Positions 52,926-64,000 of a DNA stretch of 64,000 nt are shown in pieces. The stretch's first letter is position 1. Every line of letters starts with the position of its first letter. The stretch is from positions 6,262,001 to 6,326,000 of the forward strand of contig CM102287.1 in NCBI GenBank assembly GCA_046563655.1, read 5' to 3'. A model generated the notes under the pieces. It did not search any database, had not been told where the DNA came from, and saw nothing but the letters and a program-made list of their open reading frames with translations. The stretch comes from Yuukianura sp. NJ FZ-2021 (lineage: Eukaryota). A program made the position numbers and the translations under genes.

Positions 52926-54090
52926 GTCAGTCATCCGTCTGTAAAAGTCAAGGTCGTTCGGAGTCAACAGTCCAATTACTAAATGTTGAAAGAAGCATAA
53001 TGGGTACATTGTGTAATGTTGCATTCCTTCAACCGAATGAGTTGTCAACGGCAACGTTGAAATTAAAGTTTGTTTCAAAAAACGCCTGAACTGTTTTTTT
53101 TAAAACCGACCACTGTGCGTTGGAGTGATGGATTTGGATTTAGATGATTTGGCCTTTTTCGTTTGCTCCTGAGCTAACATATCTTCAGAAATATTGAGAA
53201 AAGTGATAAGAATTTCTTATTGAGAAATATTTGTGTTTGTTGTTGACCTTTGGAGTTACCATGTCATACCAAAACAGAATCAACATTTTTAATTTTAATT
53301 TAATTTTTTAAGTTTCATTTCAGTGTTGGAGGGTTCGGATAAAAATTGATTATTTAAATATTTCTAAAACTATAGAAATTACTGCTTGAAAAGTTAGACG
53401 AAATTTGGCATCGACTGATATCAAATTCACCCAAAAAGCCTGTTGCTAACACACTGAAATTAGTGTTTGAAAAGGAAAGTTGAATATCGTAGACCATGAG
53501 GTCAGGGACGGAAAACCCAACGCTGCAAAGTTGCGAAATTACGTTTTCTATCGATTAAAAGAAAGAAAACAGCACCATTCTCGGTGGGAAGTCCGTTCCA
53601 CTCCCAACCCCGAAAAACTAAAATAGTCGCTACGAACTGATCGAGTCTGGGTCGGCTGGGAATGCGACCCACTCACTCACAGGAGTCGCTACAGGAGGAG
53701 ACCTAGTTTTACTAGAGTGTTGCGACTTTTCATCTGGAGACTGGGTCGCACCCTGTAGCGGCTGTGGCAAGCTGTCTGTTCACTTTTGTTTTGCTTTTCA
53801 TATTTTCCCAACGCGAAGTTCCATCCTTCCATCATCTGTTATCTTTTGCTTGTGCTTTGTAACTTTTCAGATTTTAGGTTTTGCAGTTGATCCTTGAATC
53901 TGAATTGCCAGCGCACTGTCTAACGTAAATCGGTTTCCTTTGACATTAATTTGGTAAGTATTTAGACATTTGTCTTATTCTTTTTACACTAACCTTGGGA
54001 TTATGTTCCTTTCCCATTAGGCGTTAACTGAAGCCAAAACAGAAGAACTTCAACTGAATAACCGGCAAAACTTGTAACCGTTTACGAACG

Positions 54091-57000
54091 ATGGATAATT
54101 CGGCCATTCCGATAGTCGAAGCTGAAGTAGAAGATGAATTTGAAGACAACGATGACCATGGCGCTATCGATTCAGATCCCGGTGATACTTGTGATGATAA
54201 TATCCTTTCATTATTTTCCAATGCCTCCGGTCCCTCGGCCTCGGTTCCGGTAATTTTGGCTTCTAAACTAAAGATTGTGAATAGAATTTGTGTTGATGCA
54301 GACATTAAAAATGATTACAGGAGGAGAAAAGTGGAGCTACGACACCCAGATCAGTGAGATCCATTACTGAAAATACGACCAGTCACGCTCTAGATCTCAG
54401 TTTTCCGGAGATCTTAGACCAACTCGAACAAGCAGTGGATGAAGCAGACCGCCGTAGAGGAAACAACAGTGTAGACCGCTCACATAACAAAGTGGACTTG
54501 GCAGACCTAATAAGCATGATGGTATGTAAGTTATAGGTTAGCAGAAGTTAGAAGGAAGGTTTAATTTATTTTCAATTGACGATATTCTTTTAGGAAAAGG
54601 AACCGACTGCGCCGTTAGAAGTTTTGGACTTAATGGAGGCTTATGAAAAAGACATCTCGGCACAGAAGTCTCAAATTACAAAGTTACAATGTGAAAAGTC
54701 CAAGTTATCAATACAATTGGAGGAGAGCAGGGTAAGGATTTGATTTAAATTACGAAAATTATGCGACAATTCTCAGGGCGAATAGGCTTCTACTTCATCG
54801 TTGAAGCTACTGGGATAGTCATTACTACCAACTGGAAAGTCTTTTGCTGAGATCACTCCATGGCCTCCTAGGGATGGTATTCTGGAAGGGAGTCTGATTG
54901 GATTGATTGGCAGCTTTTGTTGAAGACCTGGGCGACGTCCTTTCTGTTGCTCTCCAAGAGTTGCTGCAAGGGCTCTTACAGCATTGAACGTTTCTTCTCC
55001 AGTTGGGATGATTTGGTTCGCTGGAAGTGCAAAACCATACCTTCCAGTGTCCCGAAGTTCAAACGTATATGCATACTTGATTCCAGCACCACCTATGAAT
55101 TGGTCCAGCATTACTTTCTAGATCTAATATTGTCGAGGTTAAAAAGTATGGACTTACCCTTGGCCCAATCATCCGAACCTGGAAAAATTGAAATCGGTTA
55201 ACTTTTGTTTGATTCCGCAGCTTCTTATTATTTCGAGTTTCTTACCACCAGCGGCAGAGTAGAGCAAATCTGGAGCTGTTCCTAGCTGATACCTCGTTCC
55301 ATATGTGGCTTCAAGGGCTTGTTTTCCTTTGGCAGCGACTGACATTAGTTCACTGTAATCGCTTGGTTTCTCTTTACCGTAACCCCATGGAACGAGCATA
55401 AGTTGTGAATAGGAGTGGAACGTTAGATACATCAAGATGTGGTCACGTCTAGCCAAAATTGCATTGGAAACTGATGATGTCTCAGGTTCAGAAAAGGCTC
55501 GCGGTCCTCTGTAGATTTCACTGCATGGGTCATTCGATGTTCCTTTAGGTTGGCAGTAAATGCGTGATTAGTTAGTTGTTTAGTTGTAGGTTAGGAATGT
55601 AATTAGTATTCGTTAAGTTTACCGGCTCCACCCCATTTGTATCCCCAGTTTCGGTTAGGATCGACACCGCGACAGCCCAAGAACGAAGTCGTTCGGCTTC
55701 GTGTCTTTCTCCAGAATCTGTCCTTAGTATGCGAGTACTCATAGCCATCAACATTTATAACTGGCACAAAGTACCTGTTTGAGAAACAATTTAAGTGAGT
55801 GGCCATTTTAATTAATGATTAACTCAAAATTCAGTTACCAGTCAAAATCTTTGAGCATTTGTCGGCTTTTTTCCTCGTCTGTGACCAGTTTGTTGAGAAT
55901 GTACAGTGCAGTTGCTGGAGAAATCCATTCACGGGCATGCATTCCACCATCTATCCAGATAGCCGGTTTCTTTTCTCCACCACTGGACAGTTTTACAAGA
56001 ACGATGTCACGACCTTCCCCAGTTTTTCCTATTGTTTCCATTGACACAGTGGCTCCGGTCGCCGTTCGCCTTCCTAAGTTAGCTAGATACTGGCAGTACT
56101 CCTGGATAACTATGAAAACACAAATTTGAATTATATTATTTCAGATACTGCGTACTCAACACACGTCGTACACTTACCATTGTATCTCTGGTAATTGCTC
56201 CAGTTCATTCGGTGACCTGTAGCTAGCTGTCGTCCAGTCTCGGGAGCCACTTCAACTGGTACATTCTCTTCTTGAATCAACTGGTCAATGTCATCGTGGA
56301 CGATGTCATGCTCCACGCCGAGTTCCTCCAGAAGACTTTTTACATGGGGGTACAAGTTTGGAGAGGCGAGGATGTCTGTTGTCTGATGTGTTTTTGGAAA
56401 CGTCCAGAAATGAACTCCATGTTTGCCATCAAGGCTGAGCATAAGGGCTTCTGCCAAATCGGGTTGATCTAGGGCAGAAGTCCTCAGTAGTTTATAGCCA
56501 GAGTAGGACTTCTTAGTATTGGGCTCATCTGGTCCCGTTGGAATGGCGTCTATTTGAGACAGGGATCCAAGTAGAACAAATGTCGCTACAAGTATGGACA
56601 ATATCCTGGATAGTGTTGACATTCTGCTGATGAATTTGTTTTTACGTTAAGAGAATTGTTTGCCAACAGGCATACGCAATTGCCAAGGTTTTATACAATT
56701 TCAATTTTTCGGCAATTATGGTTTCTGGCAACTGCGGTTGTAAATACTTTCGGATTCCCGAAATTATTGTTTGCTGTAATTTGGGGAAAACTGTTCTGAT
56801 GAATTTGCTTGTGCAGCGAATTCTTTTTATTTCAATCGTCAAAACCTAAGTTAAGCGTGCGAAGTAGCTTTGCAGAAAATTCTCGCCCCCTTGTGTAGTG
56901 ATGACCTCCGTCCTCCTGATAGATCTTGGCACATTTTCGACCTATTCATGGAAATTAGAACTTGTGGATTTTCAACCTCGGATCACTTTTCGTTTTGATT

Positions 57001-60000
57001 CCATTACTATTTACAACTATTGTGCAATTTCTATCCTGTGATCAGAGAGTTAATGAAGGACATCAAGCAGTACCCTAAAGCACGCTAGAAATTGTCACAT
57101 TTGTAATTGTAATGCTAATGGGTGACATTAACCCAATTGATGGAATAAATGTATACAAAGTATCATTTAATCTTACTAGGAAAGGGGACTGGTCTGTTTG
57201 TATCGATTTGTAATTCAATGGAACTTTTCCTAAAAGCATTCAACCATGAGATTTTAATTTTGTTCATTTGTTTTCCCTTTTAGGTGCGAGAGAAGCGGGT
57301 GAAAGCGAAACACTTGAAAGAAGAAAAATCGCTTCAGGATCGGATCTCTTCGCTGGAATCGAACTTGACGGCTTTTGAGCATGAACGAAATGAATTGAAA
57401 GCCAGGGAAGCCGAGCATGTTCAACAAATTCGGAAGCTCCAGGAACAACTTGTTGTATCTCAGCGAAATTCTCAAGTTAGAAATCGTCCTCCTGTACAAC
57501 CTAAGGCGACCAACACCGAAACTTTGAAGGACAAATTGATTGAAGAGGAGAAGAAACGTCAAGAACATCTCGAGTGTCGAATTGCCGAACTCGGGAACCG
57601 GCTTATGGAGTATGAAGCAAAGGTAATATAACACAAATACAGTGAAGTTTTCATCTCTAAATGTGGATTTCAATTTGACGTTGCAGGAGAAATTGATACT
57701 TTCGCAGAAGTTAGAACGAGATTCCCAAAGCGCCTACTTCAAGGAACAACTCAATTCCCATACTGTTCTGATCGACAGTTTGAAGGAGGAACTTGCCTTA
57801 GCCAAGATCAAAGAAACGGAATTTGCAAAGGAGAAAGGACTGGCTGAATTTAGAATCAGGGAACTCCAGCAAGAGCTAATGTTGTCCAGATCAGCGAAGC
57901 CGGTGAGTGTTTTGACCAGCATGAAACACAAATTACAATTAATGTTAAGGTTGTTGCGGATTCTTCGCTTTTGAAGCGGTGATTTCAACCTGCCGCCAAG
58001 CGGTAAAAATTCCCGCCAAAACGATTTTAACGTGCGTAGTGTGGTTGGCTTGCGCTTTTATTACTAAAATGAGTACTAGTAGTGAAGAAATTCGAATGCC
58101 AAGTTATTTCTTTTTATTATGCGGTGAACTAATTTCTACGGTTATTTAATTTTACTAAATTTAATATGCTATGCATCAAAAATGTTTCGTTTTCATGAAA
58201 TTGAATTTGCTGTTAAATGTTTTTCTTCTTCCCTTCGCCTTTCCGTGGGCCTCCTTTGAGAACCGAAAAACAGACGCAGTACTTATCTGGCGTTTGTGGG
58301 TCGTGATACACCGACGGTGATTCGGGTGGCGTATCGGAGAACAACTCCTTGCACTTGCAATTTTCCCAAGGCAGTGGTGCTCGGATTTTGATTTGGTCAC
58401 TTTGATTTGGATTTGGCGCTTGTTCCACAAAGCAGTGACAGGTTCCTGTATCATCGCATGTTGCTTTGCGACCGAAAAGAGTAGTCGCAACCGGGTTTTG
58501 AAAACTTAAAGACGGCTCACAGATCGTCCCGCAAATTCCCGGCGTGTCTTGGCAGCGTTTGAAACTGCCTCCGCCGTGCTAAATGAAATCAAGTCAATTT
58601 TAGAATCAAGTTTTTATACAACTCCGATATTTATTTGAATTCTCACAAGCGATAAGCAGTACTCACCACTTTTACCACCATATAAATCACAAAAACTGCA
58701 AAGCAGACGTTTTTCATTTTGGAAAAGAACCCGGGTGACTCGGTGATGAAAATGATTTGGAACTGTGCAGAGTTGACATGGAATTTTCAGGAATTAGGTT
58801 TTTCCTTTTCAGTGAATTATCATTTCATTGTTTTCGTTCCAATTTTTCTTTGGTCTTTGAACTAAGATCAATCAAAAGTCTGCATTGTAATTCCAACACT
58901 TCCCAAAAAAATTGACAAAAGTAGTACACTCCCGGAATTACATTTAACTTCTAATTTGAAGGCGCGTGTTAATGCCAAAATAATGTGTTTGTTGACCAAA
59001 AATTGCTAAATTGATGCTGTAAATACATATTTTGTTATTGTTTTTAGGAAAGTGGAAGAGGAAAAGGAAATCCGAAGACCTTAGACGAACTAAGTACGCT
59101 GAAAAATCAAGTAAACACTTTGAAGTTGAATCTCAAGAATGCCGAATCTAGTCGTAACGGTTTGCAGCAGAAGAATACTGAAAATCAAAAGAATTTACGT
59201 AAACTACAGAACCAAGTTCGTACGCTTCAGCGAATCCTGTATCACAAAGATCCTGCCAGTCTTCCTCCAGTTATGAATGTACTGGACTCTGCTAAAGGAA
59301 ACAAAGATGCATCTGATAAGAACAAAAGCGATAGAGAGAATTTTCTGGAATTGAGAGTTGCGGAATTGGAAAATCAACTGCAACACCATTATGCTCATAC
59401 ACAGGTATTTGATTTTGAATTGTTAGAATCTTTTTTCTCAATTCCTACTTGCTTAATCTTTTTGTTTTGGTTGTAGGAGAATTTAGAACAACCATTCAAA
59501 CTGGATCGTGGTGCTGGCGATAATGAGCAAATGGCGATGAATCAAGACAAATTGATTGCGGAACTGCGTGGAAGACTTGTTTCGCAGATGCAGCTCGTGA
59601 ATTTCTTGAAGGAAAACTTGATTGTCGCCAAAGGGAGAGAAGCGGAGTGGGAAAAGGAGAAGGAATTGTTTGAATTTAGAATTCGGGAACTAAAGGAAGA
59701 ACTAACTTTAGCGAAAACTCTGGGAAAACCGGTGAGTTCAAACGTTCCGGAAATGTAAACTGTGTTACCTGCTTTTCAAATCCCAAGCTCCTATCCTAAT
59801 TGTAGGACAATGTATAAAATATTTAGTTAATTGTTTGTAGTGTACAGCATTTTTTGAAGTCTGAATATCCTTTGCTTCTGCTGCTGAAACAATTTTAGTT
59901 TCGTGGTTTCATGAAGAACGGGTTTTATTCTTTGTTTATACACAGGAAAATCAGGTTTTAGCTGATTTGACCGAAACTATCCAAAGCTTGAACTCTCGAT

Positions 60001-60368
60001 ATGTTTATCGCGAGAAGGAATTGGATAACCTAATTCGTCGGTTGTCGTTGAAGACGTTGACAAGTGCCTGTCCTCCTTCAAACCTAGCATTCTTGCCAAC
60101 TACTGGCATACCAACTGATCTTTACACAAACAGACAAGTACCCTTGGGATATCTTCTTGGAAGTGACACGACCAATGCTCTACCTGGCCCTAGTCATAAT
60201 GATTTTGGAATTCTGTCTCCCAACACTACTGTCCAGCTTGTAAGAGGATCCTTAGATGAATTCCTGTTACAGGATTCCACCAGTTATAAAAACCGACGCT
60301 CCCACTCTTTCTCCTCTCACTTCTACCGTGAAACTCCAACGAGTGGAGGGAAAAATGTAAACAGCTGA
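54091..60368 (+). CDS. Coiled-coil protein, CEP162-like; exons 54091-54249, 54321-54521, 54594-54731, 57284-~57621, ~57687-57902, 59048-59404, 59477-59731, 59946-60368
   Basis: Phase-0 splice sites link the exons across two large introns; [28 protein letters not shown] and [13 protein letters not shown] resemble the CEP162 C-terminal region (from memory). Confidence 0.65.
54773..56622 (-). CDS. Carboxypeptidase B-like M14A, nested antisense in an intron of the coiled-coil gene
   Basis: Signal peptide and pro-domain; HAREW, WRKTR, DPNRNW, FHSYSQ, GGSDDW (Asp at S1'), FELRDTG. Confidence 0.93.
58213..58717 (-). CDS. Small secreted Cys-rich, defensin-like (CS-alpha-beta spacing) peptide; exons 58717-58667 and 58578-58213, 138 aa
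   Basis: aaaATG start, signal-like [17 protein letters not shown]|gtgagt, acceptor tttcatttag; C-x6-C-x3-C-x20-C-x5-C-x-C followed by two more CxC. Confidence 0.75.
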
Positions 60369-61234
60369 TCTGTCATTTGTTTACTTAATCTTAACAGTTC
60401 ACTCACTCTTCCTCTCATCCTCTTCAGTTAAAGTTTACTTGCTAATAACTAGCTTGTGTTTCATTATTAGCCATTTTAAGTTAGTAGTGAGTTGGTTAAT
60501 TTGCAATTACGCCAAGATCCAAGTGGTTAAACTATTCTCAAAATAACCCTTGTGCTCACCAACTGAAGTTTTACGGTAACAGTGGGAGGAGGATAGAGGA
60601 GTTAGCCAATCAGAGCGAGTTTTTATAACTGGTGGAATCCTGTACTCAATAACTGATTTTGCTACTTTATAGTAAGCTCTGCCGTTGTGGTCTCAAAAAC
60701 AATTGTGTTAGTCATTTCAAAATTTCTTTCTCAAACCAATAACTTTTCGGTCGAAACAAAATTTAAGTTGCAGTTTTTTTTGCATTACTTATCATCACTG
60801 TCAACTCAACTTGAGTCACAAATTTACACACATTCATACACTCGTCTGTTCATTTTAGTTCAACTTTTTGTAATTTTGTAATCTTTGAATTATGATTTTA
60901 AAAATTTCATCTTTAGACATACAGTAGCATAAACTTTTTACATTTTTGTGAGAGTTTTTTCTCGAGATCTATCTTTTGAATGCTGAAAGGAGTAAAATGA
61001 ATTTTATTTTCGAAATTTTCTGGTATTATATACACTCGCGAATCAAAAAAGTAGTGATTTCTTTCTCTTTGACCCATTTTCATAACAATCCCTGCACTCG
61101 ATAATAATAGTAAGGTGAGACGGGATTCAAAAGCTCTAAAATTGTTCTAAATTCTAATTGAGACAGCATTTGGGGAGAGTTCCCATTTAAAGAGTGAATT
61201 CGTTGTGAAGGTATCAGGTCGCCGTGATTCGTCA

Positions 61235-62944
61235 TTAGTCCAGAGCTAATTTAGTGTTGGAATGCTGGTTTCTGGCGTACATGATTACAAGTGCAGCACC
61301 TCCGAAAATGACGCTGGAAACTTGGTTCCATCCCAAGCCCATTTTTCCAGACACGGTTTCATAAACCTAAACAAAACAAAAACAAAATGTTAAGGTTTTC
61401 GGTGAATTTGTTTCAGTAGTAAGTTAATTAATTAATAGTTTAGTTTAGTTTAGTTTTTATTCTGATTTATTATAATTGCCATCATTTACCTCATTGTTGG
61501 TAGCCGGGAGTATTTTTTCGGAGAAAGAATAGTCCCTGATGAAATCTCCGCGGAAGGTTCGCTTTAGATCGTCTCGGGCTAAAGCGTCCCGCACAATTAC
61601 TTGATTTCGTTCGCTGTCTTTCCTCTCTGCCAAGACAAAGCGACGCTCATTGCTTCGGTCGAATGTTGGCGCAGCGATACGTTCGGCTTTGCGTTCCTTA
61701 CGTTCTAAGGTGTGACGATACTCCCGGGAATCTCTTGCGTCTGCGGGCTCTGATCGTACCAATCGTGCCTGGATTCGCTCACGGTTTTCGGTAACTGCTC
61801 GTCGGCTGGAATCGCGGGACTCTCGTGTTGCCCGATTTTCGCTGCCAGAGTCTCGGACTTCTCGAACGGCTCGTCGGCTGTCGGTATCTCTTTCGTAATC
61901 TCGGACGTCCCTAACCGTTCTTCGGTTCTCACTACCGGAATCTCGGACTTCGCGAACGGATCGTCGGGTATCGGTATCTCTGACTTCTCGCACGGCTCGT
62001 CGGTTCTCACTACCGGAGTTTCGGACTTCCCTAACGGTCCGTCGGCTTTGGGAATTTCTGACTTCTCTCACCGCTCGTCGATTTTCGTTACCTGAGTTTC
62101 GGGCTTCGCGAACGGTTCGTCGGCTGTCAGTAGCTTCTCGTTCTCGTCGCAAATTTCGAACTTCGTTTGCGGGTTCTCGGATTTCCCTTACCATCCGACG
62201 TTCTGTCAATGTGTCTTTCCTTGCTTCTTGTGTTTCACGAACTGCGCGACGTTCATTTCCAAGGTTTCGTGTTTCTCGTCGGTCGTTGCTGCCCACGTCC
62301 CTGACTTGCCGCACCGTTCGACGTTCCTCGCCACCTAGCTGTCTGACTGCTCGCCGCTCGCTGTTGGAGTCTCGAATGCTTCGTTCAACGCTGTTTCGCT
62401 CCTCGGATGTTCTGACGAGCCGCCTGCTCTCAGCTTCCTCACGATTTTCTCGTACAGTCCTTCGAGCGCTGTTTTCTCTCTCACGGCTTTCTCTAACAGC
62501 TCTTTGGTTTTGCTCTTCCCGAACTAAGCGTCGATTTTCAGCGTCTCGCGTAAGCTCGCGACGGTTTTCAAGGCGAACGGAACGCCTGCTGGGGCTGATT
62601 TCTCTTTCACGACTTTCTCGTACTACCCGCCTGTTGTCTTCTCGTTCTCGACTGTCACGGATTTCCCGGGTTTCTCTTACAAGTCTGCGGTCTTGACTCT
62701 CAGCTCGGGAAGTATCAGTGACATGTCTCCGACTATCGGCTGAAGGTAAAGTTCGCCGTTCTGTCGTTCGGTCAAAGTCTCTGGCTTCTGAAATTCGCGC
62801 TGATTTGCCAGTTTCAGTGATTCTTTCAGTAGGAGCCTGGAATCGGTGAGAAGAAACGATCGACTCAGACCTGACGAAGTTGCTGTAGCTTGTGTTTGCA
62901 AAGACGACAAGAGCTATGGAAAGTAGAAGTGACGCTGTCTTCAT
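61235..62944 (-). CDS. Arg/Glu-rich repetitive protein with signal peptide and C-terminal hydrophobic segment (intron ~61489-61367)
   Basis: MKTASLLLSIALVVFA signal; many RRxVRE repeats; last exon contains VSSVIFGGAALVIMYA; TATA at ~63031-63038. Confidence 0.8.
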
Positions 62945-63762
62945 CGCCACGTTCAGCGGTTCTGTTTTCAGAAAAGTTTTGAATTAAGGGTACTCTACTG
63001 GCTGCTGGAATTTCGAATGTTTCGGTGAGGAGAAAGTCGAGAAATGGAGTCGAGAAATTGAAGTGATTCTGGAGCCAAAGGGCGACGTTCTTTTATACTA
63101 AAAATTTTTCCAGAAAAATCGTTCCACACGCTCAGTTTCTAATTCTGGACTAAATTATCTTTAAATTAAATCCGAATTTAAATTGGACTTCGGTGACGAC
63201 GTGGACTCAGAGAAGACTTCAAGAAATTTTGAAATTGAAGTTAAGTCAAGCAATATGAACTAAATTGGAAACGGGAGAAGCGATCCGTTTTATCACTAGT
63301 GTCCAGGCCCCTGTGTGATTTACGTTCTACACAAAATCCCTAATTCTATTACGTGTTTTAAAACGCCTCCTCGTAAATAACTTCCAAGAAAGTTCTCATT
63401 CACTTTAGAAAATTGATTTAAAAAAAATTGAATGAAAAACGAAAAACTGCGCCGCAGTTTCTCCAGCTTTCGAAAGTGTCAATGGATCCCTTCACAAAAA
63501 ATATCCGAAGTTTATTCCTGGAGAAGATCGACTACGAGCGAAATTTGTACAGGACCCGACTACAAGTTTAGTGTCAAATGACGTCACTAGAATATTTTAC
63601 ACTACATTTGACTCTTGTTATGATAAGGACTAAATAAATGACTCAAGATTCAGGTTGGAATTAAAATGCTGGTGCACGACGATATGCAGGCTAACTACAG
63701 TGCATAAAAGATGCCCGATTCGCTTCTGGAATGTTTAGGAAGACAGGCAGTGTCGAAGAGTT

Positions 63763-63943
63763 CTAAGCTGCTGCCTTGCTTGGTGCAGGAGCTTTGGTGT
63801 CCTTCTCCAGTTGCTTTCCAAGGTACTCCCAATTGTGAACCATGAACTTCTGAACACAGATTAGAGCTTCGTACTTGACACTTGAATTTTCGTGTGTAAG
63901 CAGTGCCATTACAACTTGCTTGCCTCCCAGCTGCTCAATGACG
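63763..63943 (-). CDS. ATP6V1H: V-type ATPase subunit H, final exon (gene continues beyond the window)
   Basis: [46 protein letters not shown], the conserved subunit H C-terminus. Confidence 0.93.
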
Positions 63944-64000
63944 CTAAATACAACAAAGAATTCAACGTTAACAATGTCATGCGCAAAAAAAAATGAAATA

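Noticed and set aside
54250..54357. Apparent frameshift or stop between ORFs 54091 and 54354
   Set aside because: Resolved by a GT-AG intron at 54250-54320
62211..62696. 161-aa antisense Ser/Arg/Leu ORF
   Set aside because: Shadow of the Arg/Glu-rich gene on the opposite strand
1..64000. tRNA/rRNA genes, autonomous transposase, prokaryotic operon or defence system
   Set aside because: None recognisable by eye; all genes, including the bacterial-type UGTs, have spliceosomal introns, which argues against contamination

Overview
AT-rich eukaryotic DNA with short (~55-100 bp) GT-AG introns. It is an arthropod (RR-2 cuticle protein), and the gene content suggests a springtail (Collembola), though that is inference. 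The first 18.4 kb is a cluster of cytosolic, bacterial/mite-type UDP-glycosyltransferases: three complete genes, one inverted pseudogene and one orphan first exon. Interleaved with them are a BCS1-like AAA ATPase, a divergent ionotropic-receptor-like gene and several MITE/foldback elements. The rest carries two M14 carboxypeptidases, a cuticle protein, a C2H2 repressor, two tandem 4-TM/tyrosine-kinase fusion genes, a tail-less lamin-type intermediate filament, a 2OG-Fe(II) oxygenase, PUS7, Axin, a serpin, an ARMH2-like gene, a CEP162-like gene hosting two nested antisense genes, an Arg/Glu-rich membrane protein and the last exon of V-ATPase subunit H. The most striking observations are: (1) an apparent UGT1A-style locus with alternative first exons sharing downstream exons; (2) a MITE inside one of those exons whose TIR supplies a splice donor that would remove it in frame (introner-like); (3) an unannotated nested defensin-like gene; (4) the tetraspan-kinase fusions; (5) the tail-less lamin. 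Exon boundaries were inferred by eye from splice consensus and reading frame; no searches were run.
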